Of a stretch of 64,000 nucleotides of DNA, positions 25,939 through 43,172 are shown one piece after another. Under the pieces are notes generated by a model, which saw nothing but the letters and a program-made list of their open reading frames with translations, did not search any database and was not told the origin of the DNA. This DNA is from Eledone cirrhosa (Eukaryota), in contig OZ024741.1 in assembly GCA_964016885.1 (NCBI GenBank), positions 215,016,001 through 215,080,000 of the forward strand. Reading direction: 5' to 3'. Numbering within the stretch: position 1 is the first letter of the stretch; every line of letters begins with the position of its first letter. The translations under genes and the position numbers were made by a program.

Positions 25939-26358
25939 AATATAGGGATAAACACAAGTATACATGTGTTCGTATTGCAAATGACCAAGTTAGCTAGATT
26001 GAAAAATACTAATTAAAATAATACAGTTTGCCTGTCTCGATTTAAAATAATAAATCAATAAAAACAAATTTGAAGTGTGAAATTTAAATTTGTCCAGGTA
26101 TCATGTGTATTGCCAATATAGATTTGTTTTTATTGATTTATTATTTTAAATCGATTTATTATTTTAAATCGAGACAGGCAAACTGTATTATTTTAATTAG
26201 TATTTTTCAATCTAGCTAACTTGGTCATTTGCAATACGAACACATGTATACTTGTATGAGTGTTTATCCCTATCATATAATCATTTGTATTACACGGCTC
26301 AGAAATATTCCTTTCTTTGAGCTAATTAATTGTAAAAGACTATTTGACTTTATAACTC

Positions 26359-26365
<7 letters not shown>
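25695..26365. repeat. F2 inverted/rearranged copies interleaved with (TA)n
   Basis: GCAAATGACCAAGTTAGCTAGATTGAAAA occurs in both orientations (25710, 25977, 26205). Confidence 0.8.
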
Positions 26366-26401
<36 letters not shown>

Positions 26402-26470
26402 GAAGGTTTAGCAAATAAGAAAAAGTTTTAAAATAAATTTTAAAAAGTTTACTGTACCTGCTGTAATTAC

Positions 26471-26553
26471 CCTTACCGTACGGTTTCAAGTCTCAAAATA
26501 AATGGATAATCCATGCGGCAAATCCATTGAAAAAAAAGACTCTCGTCAGAGGC
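26471..26553 (-). ncRNA. Type I HHR with extended stem II
   Basis: The reverse complement is CCT-CTGACGA-GAGTCT...AATGGA...TCCATT...AGACTT-GAA-ACCGTACGGT-A-AGG. Confidence 0.75.
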
Positions 26554-26640
26554 TTATTTTCACTCGGAGAATATAAAATTCCCGAGTTCAAATCACGAAC
26601 TGGCGCTATTCATATATATATATATATATATGCATATATA

Positions 26641-26679
<39 letters not shown>

Positions 26680-26704
26680 AGTGTAATTTTCTACACAAAA
26701 CGAA

Positions 26705-30213
<3,509 letters not shown>

Positions 30214-30369
30214 TATATATATATATATGCATGTATGTTTGTATCTATATTTATGTATGTATTTATGCTTGTATGTATAAACATGTCAATATAGAATGCT
30301 ACTGGCATAATTACTACTACTACCGCTACTACTACTACTACTATTAATACTTCTACTACTACTACCACT

Positions 30370-30415
<46 letters not shown>

Positions 30416-30599
30416 GTTTTACTGCTTCTACTGGAACAACAGGAACTAAGGAAACAAAGTACAACAGATTTATGTGCTGGGATCTCTTCAGACGTCAAAC
30501 TTGTCCAGTTTATGATTCTATAGATCAATGTGTCCCGGTGTCATTTTAGCAGCCAGATTCCTCTTACAGACATCGTGGAAAGGTCAGAGGGGCACCGAA

Positions 30600-31362
30600 A
30601 TATTTTCCACCTCACTACACTTCACACCACTCCCTTCCAGTCACACCTCCCACTTCACTTCACACCACCCCATTCCACTCACACCTCTGACTTCACTTAA
30701 CTCCACTCTTCTCACACTTCCCACTTCAGTTCACACCACCCCATTCCACTCACACTTCCAACTTCACTTCACACCACCCCATTCCACCCACACCTCTTAC
30801 TTCACTTCACACCACCCCATTCCACTCACACCTCTGACTTCACTTCACTCCACCCCACTCACACTTCCCACTTCAGTTCACACCACCCCATTTCACTCAC
30901 ACTTCCAACTTCACTTCACACCACTCCCTTCCACTCCCACCTCCCACTTCACTTCACACCTCTCCATTCCACTCACATCTCTGACTTCACTCACAACTCC
31001 CACTCACAACTCCCACACCTCTCACTCCACTCACCTCTCTCAGTTCAATTAGATCTCTCACTTCTTTTCACACTATTTCACTCCCACCTTTCACTCCATT
31101 CACGATTCTCACTCCTCTCACCCCTCTCAATTCACACTCTCCCCCCACTTCACTCCCACCACTCCATTCCACTCACACCTCTCACTTCAATCACACCTCT
31201 CCACCCACGCCTCTCAATTCACTCACACCTCACACTTCCCTCACACCTCTCACTTCAGTCACACTTCTCACTCCACTCACATCTCCCACTTCACTCACAC
31301 CACTCTACTCACATCTCTCACTCGACTCACACCTCTCACTCCACTCACACCTCACACTCCAT
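30600..31362. repeat. CACTT/CCAC-rich degenerate minisatellite
   Basis: Direct inspection; G-poor plus strand. Confidence 0.85.
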
Positions 31363-31399
31363 TCACTTACTACCCTCCAGCTTTCTCAACCTCATCTCA

Positions 31400-31517
31400 T
31401 TACCACTATCATCATCATCACCATCATAATCATTATCTTCATTATCCTCACCATCATCCTCATCATCATCATCATCATCACCATCATCACCATCACCACC
31501 ATCATCATCACCACCAC

Positions 31518-31558
<41 letters not shown>

Positions 31559-31575
31559 CCATCACCACCACCATC

Positions 31576-31624
<49 letters not shown>

Positions 31625-31652
31625 CCACCATCATCATCATCATCATCACCAC

Positions 31653-31684
<32 letters not shown>

Positions 31685-31746
31685 CCACCATCATCATCAT
31701 CATCACCACCACCATCATCATCATCATCACCACCACCATCATCATC

Positions 31747-31778
<32 letters not shown>

Positions 31779-32555
31779 CTTCATCATCATCATCATCAAC
31801 ATCATCATCATCAACATCATCATCGTCACCATAATTATAACCATCATTATCATCAACACCACCTTCGTGAGGGCCACCACCGCCGCCGCCACCAACACCA
31901 ACAACAACATCAGTATAACCATTATGATCAACACCCCACAACCATCTTCACAACAACCAAAATTATCGCCAAATACAACATCATCGCCACATTGGTGGTG
32001 GTGGTGGTGGTGGTGGTGGAAGTCGTGGTGGTGGAGGTGGTGGTGGTGGAGGTTGTGGTGGCGGTCTGGTGTTGGTGGTAGTGGTGGTGTTGATGGTGGT
32101 TGTGGTCGTGGTGGCATTGGTAGTGGTGGTGTTGGTATTGGTGGTGGTCGTGGTGTTGGTGGTGGTGGTATTGGTGGAATTGGTGGTGGTGGTAGTGGTG
32201 GTGTTGGTGGTATTGGTCGTGGTGGTGGTGGTGATGGTATTGGTGGTGGTGGTGGTGGTGGTGGTGGTGGTGTTGGTGGAATTGGTGGTGGTGGTGGTGG
32301 TGGTGGTGGTGGTGGAATTGGTGGTGGTGGTGGTGGTCGTCGTCGTTTTGTGATGGTATTGGAGGTGGTGGTGGTGGTGTTGGTGGTATTGGTGGTGGTT
32401 GTGGTGGTGGTGGTGGTGGTGGTGGTGGTGGTGGTGGTGGTGGTGGTGGTGGTGGTGGTGGTGGTGGTGGTTTTGTGATGGTATTGGAGGTGGTGGTGGT
32501 GGTGTTGGTATTGATGGTGGTGGTGGTGTTGGTGGTATTTGTGGTGGTGGTCATC
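31400..32555. repeat. (CAT/CAC)n followed by opposite-strand (GGT)n tract
   Basis: Strand polarity flips at ~31990 and again at ~32555. Confidence 0.9.
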
Positions 32556-32624
32556 CCCACTCCCAATACAACAAACAACAACATCATCATTACCACCATC
32601 AGCCACCGCCCACCAACAGCACCG

Positions 32625-35600
32625 ACATTACCACCACCAACACAGCCACAATCACCACCATTAACATAACCACCACCAACACAGCCACAATCACCACCAT
32701 CAACATAACCACTAGTATGACCACAGCCACAATCACCACCATCAAAATAACCACCACCAACACAGCCACAATCACCACCATCAACATAACCACTAGTATG
32801 ACCACAGCCACATTCACCACCATCAACATAACCACTAGTATGACCACAGCCACATTCACCACCATCAACATAACCACTAGTATGACCACAGTCACAATCA
32901 CCACCATCAACATAACCACTAGTATGACCACAGCCACAATCACCACCATCAACATAACCACTAGTATGACCACAGCCACAATCACCACCATCAACATAAC
33001 CACTAGTATAACCACAGCCACAATCACCACCATCAACATAACCACTAGTATGACCACAGTCACAATCACCACCATCAACATAACCACTAGTATGACCACA
33101 GTCACAATCACCACCATCAACATAACCACTAGTATGACCACAGTCACAATCAACACCATCAACATAACCACTAGTATGACCACAGCCACAATCACCACCA
33201 TCAACATAACCACTAGTATGACCACAGTCACAATCACCACCATCAACATAACCACTAGTATGACCACAGTCACAATCACCACCATCAACATAACCACTAG
33301 TATGACCACAGCCACAATCACCACCATCAACATAACCACTAGTATGACCACAGTCACAATCACCACCATCAACATAACCACTAGTATGACCACAGCCACA
33401 ATCACCACCATCAACATAATAACCACTAGTATGACCACAGTCACAATCACCACCATCAACATAACCACTAGTATGACCACAGCCACAATCACCACCATCA
33501 ACATAACCACTAGTATGACCACAGCCACAATCACCACCATCAACATAACCACTAGTATGACCACAGCCACAATCACCACCATCAACATAACCACTAGTAT
33601 GACCACAGCCACATTCACCACCATCAACATAACCACTAGTATGACCACAGCCACATTCACCACCATCAACATAACCACTAGTTTGACCACAGTCACAATC
33701 ACCAGCATCAACATAACCACTAGTATGACCACAGCCACAATCACCACCATCAACATAACCACTAGTATGACCACAGCCACAATCACCACCATCAACTTAA
33801 CCACTAGTATGACCACAGCCACATTCACCACCATCAACATAACCACTAGTATGACCACAGTCACAATCACCACCATCAACATAACCACTAGTATGACCAC
33901 AGTCACAATCACCACCATCAACATAACCACTAGTATGACCACAGCCACATTCACCACCATCAACATAACCACTAGTATGACCACAGCCACAATCACCACC
34001 ATCAACATAACCACTAGTATGACCACAGCCACAATCACCACCATCAACATAACCACTAGTATGACCACAGCCACATTCACCACCATCAACATAACCACTA
34101 GTATGACCACAGTCACAATCATCACCATCAACATAACCACTAGTATGACCACAGTCACAATCACCACCATCAACATAACCACTAGTATGACCACAGTCAC
34201 AATCACCAGCATCAACATAACCACTAGTATGACCACAGCCACAATCACCACCATCAACATAACCACTAGTATGACCACAGCCACAATCACCACCATCAAC
34301 ATAACCACTAGTATGACCACAGCCACATTCACCACCATCAACATAACCACTAGTATGACCACAGCCACAATCACCACCATCAACATAACCACTAGTATGA
34401 CCACAGCCACATTCACCACCATCAACATAACCACTAGTATGACCACAGCCACAATCACCACCATCAACATAACCACCACCAACACAGCCACAATCACCAC
34501 CATCAACATAACCACTAGTATGACCACAGCCACAATCACCACCATCAACATAACCACTAGTATGACCACAGCCACAATCACCACCATCAACATAACCACT
34601 AGTATGACCACAGTCACAATCACCACCATCAACATAACCACTAGTATGACCACAGTCACAATCACCACCATCAACATAACCACTAGTATGACCACAGCCA
34701 CAATCACCACCATCAACATAACCACTAGTATGACCACAGCCACAATCACCACCATCAACATAACCACTAGTATGACCACAGCCACAATCACCACCATCAA
34801 CATAACCACTAGTATGACCACAGTCACAATCACCACCATCAACATAACCACTAGTATGACCACAGCCACAATCACCACCATCAACATAACCACTAGTATG
34901 ACCACAGCCACAATCACCACCATCAACATAACCACTAGTATGACCACAGCCACATTCACCACCATCAACATAACCACTAGTATGACCACAGCCACAATCA
35001 CCACCATCAACATAACCACTAGTATGACCACAGTCACAATCACCAGCATCAACATAACCACTAGTATGACCACAGCCACAATCACCACCATCAACATAAC
35101 CACTAGTATGACCACAGCCACATTCACCACCATCAACATAACCACTAGTATGACCACAGCCACAATCACCACCATCAACATAACCACTAGTATGACCACA
35201 GCCACAATCACCACCATCAACATAACCACTAGTATGACCACAGCCACAATCACCACCATCAACATAACCACTAGTATGACCACAGCCACAATCACCACCA
35301 TCAACATAACCACTAGTATGACCACAGCCACATTCACCACCATCAACATAACCACTAGTATGACCACAGCCACATTCACCACCATCAACATAACCACTAG
35401 TTTGACCACAGTCACAATCACCAGCATCAACATAACCACTAGTATGACCACAGCCACAATCACCACCATCAACATAACCACTAGTATGACCACAGCCACA
35501 ATCACCACCATCAACTTAACCACTAGTATGACCACAGCCACATTCACCACCATCAACATAACCACTAGTATGACCACAGTCACAATCACCACCATCAACA

Positions 35601-36310
35601 TAACCACTAGTATGACCACAGTCACAATCACCACCATCAACATAACCACTAGTATGACCACAGCCACATTCACCACCATCAACATAACCACTAGTATGAC
35701 CACAGCCACAATCACCACCATCAACATAACCACTAGTATGACCACAGCCACAATCACCACCATCAACATAACCACTAGTATGACCACAGCCACATTCACC
35801 ACCATCAACATAACCACTAGTATGACCACAGTCACAATCACCACCATCAACATAACCACTAGTATGACCACAGTCACAATCACCACCATCAACATAACCA
35901 CTAGTATGACCACAGCCACATTCACCACCATCAACATAACCACTAGTATGACCACAGCCACAATCACCACCATCAACATAACCACTAGTATGACCACAGC
36001 CACATTCACCACCATCAACATAACCACTAGTATGACCACAGCCACAATCACCACCATCAACATAACCACTAGTATGACCACAGCCACATTCACCACCATC
36101 AACATAACCACTAGTATGACCACAGCCACAATCACCACCATCAACATAACCACCACCAACACAGCCACAATCACCACCATCAACATAACCACTAGTATGA
36201 CCACAGCCACAATCACCACCATCAACATAACCACTAGTATGACCACAGCCACAATCACCACCATCAACATAACCACTAGTATGACCACAGCCACAATCAC
36301 CACCATCAAA
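32625..36310. repeat. Homogeneous 42-bp minisatellite (~87 units) with higher-order duplication
   Basis: Unit ATAACCACTAGTATGACCACAGCCACAATCACCACCATCAAC, with rare 39- and 45-bp variants. Confidence 0.97.
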
Positions 36311-37129
36311 ATCATCACCACCACCATCATCACCACATTCACTTCCATCAACACAAGCATGACCACCACGCACCCATCACAACCATCAACACCACCATCA
36401 TCATCATCACCACCATCAACATCATTAACATCACCTCCACCACCAATACCAGCACAGATACAACCACCAGCAGAGCCACGATCACAATCACCACTCCACC
36501 ACCATCACAACCACCACCACCAATACCACCATCGCCACCACCACCACCAGCTCCACCACCACCACCAATACCAACACCACCACGAATACCACCACCACCA
36601 ATACCACCAATACCACACCCATCACCACCACAACGACCACCATCACCACCACTCCACCACCATGACAACCAATACCACCACCACCATAATCACCATCAAT
36701 ACCACCACCACTAATACCAGCACCACCAATACCACCACCACCACCACCATCACAACCACCAAAACCACTACCACCACCACTACCACCATCACCAATACCA
36801 CCACCACTACCATCACCACCAATACCACCATCACCACCACCACCCCACCTCCACCAATACCACCAATACCACCACCACCAACACCAATACCACCACAACC
36901 ACCTCCACCACCACCACCATCATAGACCATTATCCACCATAAATATCAGGAATATGTGACACGGTACTGTGAGGTGATCTGATGTAAACAGTAAAACGTT
37001 CATAACACCATCATCAAATACTGCCACCTCTCTGACATTAAATACCATATACCACCACCACCAGACCATCAACACCACCACCACAACACCCAGACCATCA
37101 CCATTTATATGTATATATATATATATATA

Positions 37130-37420
37130 TATAACAGCCGTACTAAGAGTGGGAAATGAAATTCCGTATGAAATTTCATATATATATATATAAACGGAAA
37201 AATGAAACGAAATTTCATTTCCCACTCTTAGTACGGCTGTTACTAAAATATAAGTATGTACACGTACATACATATATGTATACAGATGTACAGTAGCATG
37301 TATATATATATACACACATGAACACATATATATATGCACGTATGGATTCACCGAATATTTATTATAATGCTCGGTGTTCTAAGAGTGGGAAATGAAACTT
37401 CGTTTCATTTTTTCCGTTTA
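37130..37420. repeat. R430 fragments in mixed orientation (HHR segment absent)
   Basis: AATTTCATTTCCCACTCTTAGTACGGCTGTTA occurs in both orientations. Confidence 0.85.
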
Positions 37421-37444
37421 TATATATATATAAAACTATAATAT

Positions 37445-37623
<179 letters not shown>

Positions 37624-37647
37624 GGTGTGACAGACGAGTTGTGATGT

Positions 37648-38030
37648 ATTAGTAAAAAGGAAAAGAAAAATGCTGACAAATTTTTTCCAGCGAAAAATAC
37701 TTTAATTAGGAATAAGTATAAATTAGTAATAAATATTAGTTAGTATTCAGTTTTAGTTTTAAGTTTTTACCAGTTGCTCATTTCTTATCATTTTCAAAAA
37801 TAATTTTGAGATAGAGTGCTCGTGATTCTTGCTCTAATCTGATTCGAGCAAGAATCACGAGCACTCTATCTAAAAATTATTTTTGAAAATGATAAGAAAT
37901 GAGCAACCGGTAAAAACTTAAAACTAAAACTGAATACTAACTAATATTTATTACTAATTTATACTTATTCGTAATTAAACTATTTTTCACTGGGAAAAAT
38001 TTGTCAATATTTTCTTTTCCTTTTTACTAA
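37648..38030. repeat. Near-perfect ~380-bp palindrome
   Basis: The arms meet at TCGTGATTCTTGCTC-taatctgattc-GAGCAAGAATCACGA (~37820-37860). Confidence 0.9.
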
Positions 38031-38044
38031 TATATATATATATA

Positions 38045-38292
38045 TAAGGAAAAAAGATGAAATCGAAAATGCAACTGAAGTCTTTTTTTTTAAATATATA
38101 TATTTATTTGGTTCCTTTACCGGTTTCGCCGTTCTTCTGCTTTTCAAAAGTAGAGTTGAGATGGAGGGTCTGTGGTTTCTACTTTTGAAAAGCAGAAGAA
38201 CTGCGAAACCGGTAAACGAACCAAATAAATATATATATTTAAAAAAAAAAAAGACGCCAGTTACATTTTCGATTTCATTTTTTTTCCTTATA
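38045..38292. repeat. ~245-bp palindrome whose arms each carry a U3-A8 HHR motif
   Basis: Plus strand 38181-38217: CTT-TTGAAAA-GCAG AAGAA CTGC-GAA-ACCGGT-A-AAC. Inverse copy at ~38115-38150 has stem I CTT/AAG. Confidence 0.8.
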
Positions 38293-38452
38293 CATTCACT
38301 CGTGTAGGACACCTCAGTTATTTTTCCTTTTGTAAAAAAACCCTCACTTTTTAATATATATACATATATATATATAGTGGTGGAACACTGGAAGGTAATA
38401 TCCGTAGTGGTAGAGCACTCAGTCCAAGGGACGAGTCATTACCATGCACATC

Positions 38453-38491
38453 CCGAGCTGAAGATCCGTAAGGTGAAATAATTGTTCTCGG
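38453..38491 (+). ncRNA. Minimal type I HHR in a ~150-bp dispersed repeat (other copies ~41120-41235 plus, ~44485-44640 minus)
   Basis: CCGAG-CTGAAGA-TCC GTAA GGT-GAA-ATAATTGT-T-CTCGG. The other copies have CTGAGGA and palindromic ACAATTGT but poor stem I. Confidence 0.72.
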
Positions 38492-38559
38492 TATGGTGAA
38501 CTAACTGTTGTGTAACCACTTCTATATATATATATATAAAATTATAATATATATATCAT

Positions 38560-40232
38560 ATGTACGTATGGATTCACCGAACATTTATTATAATGCTTGG
38601 TGTGTTTGTAAACAAACATCCCGTATTAAGCCTTAGTATCTAGCAACCATCGTTGCTCATTTGTTCAACACTGACAAAGGAACGCTGTACTAGTTTCAAG
38701 CCTTTTTGTCAATGTTCGGTGAATCCATACGTATATATATATATGTGTGTGCATGTATATATATATATATATACATACATGCACACACATATATATATAT
38801 ACGTATGGATTCACCGAACATTTATTATAATGCTTGGTGTGTTTGTAAACAAACATCCCGTATTAAGCCGTAGTGTCTAGCAACCATCGTTGCTCGTTTG
38901 TTCAACACTGACAAAGGGACGCTGTGCTAGTTTCAAGTTTATTAGCCATCGTCAGCAACGTATACTTTCCTGCCAGATGATTGAACGTCTGAAAGTATAT
39001 ACTTTCCTTATACATATTAACTGCTGAGTAGCCCAATTTGCATATCGAGTGGGTTAATCGGCCGGGTGCACCGAAAACGATAAACGGAAAAAATGAAACG
39101 AAATTTCATTTCCCACTCTTAGTACGGCTGTTATTTAAATATAAGTATTATACGTACATACATATATGTATACAGACATACAGTAGTATGTATATATATA
39201 TACATACATGCACACATATATATATAATAAATAACAAAGAACGCCTATAGCATATGCATATCTTTACTTGCTAACATTGTTTCATCCGCACTATAAGTGG
39301 GACTCATCAGAGCATAAAGGTTAATTACATGCCATACAAGCAATAACAAATCCAAGACTCTCCTGATCCTCTCCCCAGTATACACATATATATATGTACG
39401 TATGGATTCACTAAACATTTATTATAATGCTCGGTGCGTTTGTAAACAAACATCCCGTATTAAGCCGTAGTGTCTAGTAACCATCGTTGCTCGTTTGTTC
39501 AACACTGACAAAAGAACGCTGTACTAGTTTCAAGATTATTAGCCATCCTCAGCAACGTATACCTTCCTGCCAGATGATTGAACGTCTGAAAGTATATACT
39601 TTTCCTATGCGTATTAACGGCTGAGTAGCCCAATTTGCATATCGAGCGGGTTAATCGGCCGGGTGCACCGAAAACGATAAACGGAAAAAATGAAACGAAA
39701 TTTCATTTCCCACTCTTAGTACGGCTGTTATTTAAATATAAGTATTATACGTACATACATATATGTATACAGACATACAGTAGTATGTATATATATATAC
39801 ATACATGCACACATATATATATATGTACGTATGGATTCACTAAACATTTATTATAATGCTCGGTGCGTTTGTAAACAAACATCCCGTATTAAGCCGTAGT
39901 GTCTAGTAACCATCGTTGCTCGTTTGTTCAACACTGACAAAGGAACGCTGTACTAGTTTCAAGCTTATTAGCCATCCTCAGCAACGTATACCTTCCTGCC
40001 AGATGATTGAACGTCTGAAAGTATATACTTTTCCTATGCATATTAACGGCTGAGTAGCCCAATTTGCATATCGAGCGGGTTAATCGGCCGGGTGCACCGA
40101 AAACGATAAACGGAAAAAATGAAACGAAATTTCATTTCCCACTCTTAGTACGGCTGTTACTTAAATATAAGTAACAGCCGAGCATTATAATTAATGTTCG
40201 GTGAATCCATACGTACATATATATATGTGTGC

Positions 40233-40305
<73 letters not shown>

Positions 40306-40800
40306 TATATATAGATATATATACTACTGTACGTCTGTATACATATATGTATGTACGTATATACTTATATTTAAGTAACAGCCGTACTAAGAGTGAGAAA
40401 TGAAATTTTGTTTCATTTTTTCGGTTTATTTATTTCGGTGCACCCGGCCGATTAACCTACTCGATATGAAAATTGGGCTACTCAGCCGTTAATATGCATA
40501 AGGAAAGTATATACTTTCAGACGTTCAATCATCTGGCAGGAAATTATACGTTGCTGACGATGGCTAATAAACTTGAAACTAGCACAGCGTCCCTTTGTCA
40601 GTGTTGAACAAACGAGCAACGATGGTTGCTAGACACTACGGCTTAATACGGGATGTTTGTTTACAAACACACCAAGCATTATAATAAATGTTCGGTGAAT
40701 CCATACGTATATATATATATGTGTGTGCATGTATGTATATATATATATATATACATACTACTGTACGTCTGTATACATATATGTATGTACGTATACATAC
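38560..40800. mobile_element. R430 array: three-plus minus-sense monomers followed by an inverted plus-sense monomer
   Basis: HHRs at 38919-38961(-), 39516-39558(-), 39945-39987(-) and 40548-40590(+). Period is 429 bp between the second and third. Confidence 0.9.
39269..39314 (-). ncRNA. Type I HHR of a different family, nested between R430 monomers
   Basis: The reverse complement is TGCT-CTGATGA-GTCC CAC TTATA GTG C GGAT-GAA-AC AAT GT-T-AGCA. Confidence 0.72.
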
Positions 40801-40817
40801 TTATATATATATATATA

Positions 40818-40927
<110 letters not shown>

Positions 40928-40965
40928 TATAAATATATATATATATATTATAGTCTTATATATTT

Positions 40966-41003
<38 letters not shown>

Positions 41004-41009
41004 TTTATA

Positions 41010-41085
<76 letters not shown>

Positions 41086-41419
41086 GTTTATATATTTGTA
41101 TATATATATATATATATATAGTGGTAGAAGACTGGAAGGTAATATCCGTAGTGGTAGAGAACATTACTAGCTGAGGATCCGTAAGGTGAAACAATTGTTC
41201 CTGATATGGTGAACTAACTGTTATGTAACCACTTATATATATTTATATATTGTTATATTTGGGGAGGGTCAAATTGTTATAATATTGCCAGAAATAATGA
41301 CAGAAGACACTCACTGTTTTGTTTGGATTGGTTTTCGCTTCTGATTCTTTTATATCACCATAGTTAATTTATCTGGCAATCAATGTTTATCATTGATTGA
41401 CCAACGGTTAAAAATACAG

Positions 41420-41460
<41 letters not shown>

Positions 41461-41464
41461 ATCA

Positions 41465-41522
<58 letters not shown>

Positions 41523-41527
<5 letters not shown>

Positions 41528-43172
41528 ATTATCCCGGGTTCAATAGGTGATATCCACAATAAGTAAGGTACTCAATACAAAGCAGATTATAAATATTTAA
41601 TATAGAAACGTTTCTATAGGACTAGAACTGTTTCATTCGGGAGAAATCATCGGTATAACTACTGTTGAAACATTTGTAAGCACTCGGAATAAATTACCTT
41701 TTTATGATGTCTACCTGTTATTAATCATATATATAATTATATATATATATATATAAATTAATAAAAACAATGAATTAAAAACAAAGAACAAGTTCCTTAT
41801 ATTAAAAAATTCATCGTTTTACGATCGTTTCTAGGATGTTTATGTGTGTTGGTATGTATATCATGTTTAAGATCTATGTAAAAATATCACAAATTATCAG
41901 AGGAAATATATATTTCTTCACATATACATGCTGTCTTAAGAAATGATGAGATTTGTTTATTGAAAAAAAACAACAAAGATTTAATATAAAAGGTCTGTTT
42001 GGGAACAGGGTTTGAATTGACCAATAGAAAATTATTGAGAAGTCAAGTTGGTAGAATAGTGGTAGTAGAATTTTAATTTAATGCAGACCTATGTTTTGAA
42101 TGAAAATAATACTTTGAATGAAAAGAGTAGTTTGGGGATGAAAAGAGGTCAAGCCAGTGAAGGGTACACGAAAATTTGATGTTATTAAAGAATAATGTTA
42201 AAAACGAAGGAGAATAAAATTTTAGGGTAAGGGTATTAATGAGAAATACCAAACTTATTTAAACCACAAGGAATCTAGATCTATAACAAGAAATTAAATT
42301 AATTAATAGGTATACTTATAAGGATAAATTTATATTAATTTATATGAATGTGATAAATAAGAATTAAATGTTATTAAAGAGTGTTGTTAAAAACGAAGGA
42401 AAGTAAAATGTTGGGATAAGGGTAGTAGTGAGAAATACCAATCTTATATAAACTACAAGGAATCTAGATTCATAACAGAAAATTAAATTAATTTATAGGT
42501 ATACTTTTAGGTATTAATTTTAGGAAAAGAGAGCTGTAAGAGGGAAATAAAATTATGAAGTTCTCTGCAGTAAAGTACTAATTATAGGTTAACTAAATTA
42601 AAAAAACTAATTATAATAATATGTAGAATATAAGTGTAAGGTGTATATTCATTAGGTATATATTATTTGAAGGTTCTTCTAATTCTATGATTGCAAGATA
42701 TAATTAATTCCTGTCGCTTATTTAATCCTTAGATTTCATGATTTCAAAAAGTTCCTGGGAGCATAACCTACACTCGTATCTGTTATTTTGATAAGGGGTG
42801 ACCCTTTTGAGCACACTCCAGGTCAGGTTGTAATCGATATTCTTCTTTCTATAATTATTAATTGTTTCAGCCAAGGATGTTGTATTAGCTAATGCGGCAT
42901 ATTTAAAACTATGTTTGTGAGTATTAAATATTCCTTTCAATTGGTTAGACGTAGCTCCTATATAAGAATAAGTGGAGTCCTTAGTGCTAATTTTACATTT
43001 ATAGACTATGTTATTAATAAGACAATTTCCCTTCAATGGGCAATTTCTTTTGATTCTACAGTTACAACCATTCGTGAATAATAAACAAACCTCATCATTT
43101 CTGAAGACAGCATGTATATGTGAAGGTATGTATATTTCCTCTGATAATTTGTGATATTTTTACATAGATCTA
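41523..43172 (-). mobile_element. PLE 3' fragment (GIY-YIG at ~42660-43075) with long 3' UTR and 5' inverted segment
   Basis: GCNCRIKRNCPLKGNCLINNIVYKC...YIGATS...CRLCSQEL...SCNH. 43080-43172 is the reverse complement of ~41870-41962. Internal ~190-bp tandem duplication at 42179-42520. Confidence 0.85.

Noticed and set aside
32625-36310. CRISPR-like regular repeat array
   Set aside because: Contiguous tandem units with no unique spacers and no cas genes, in a eukaryotic context.
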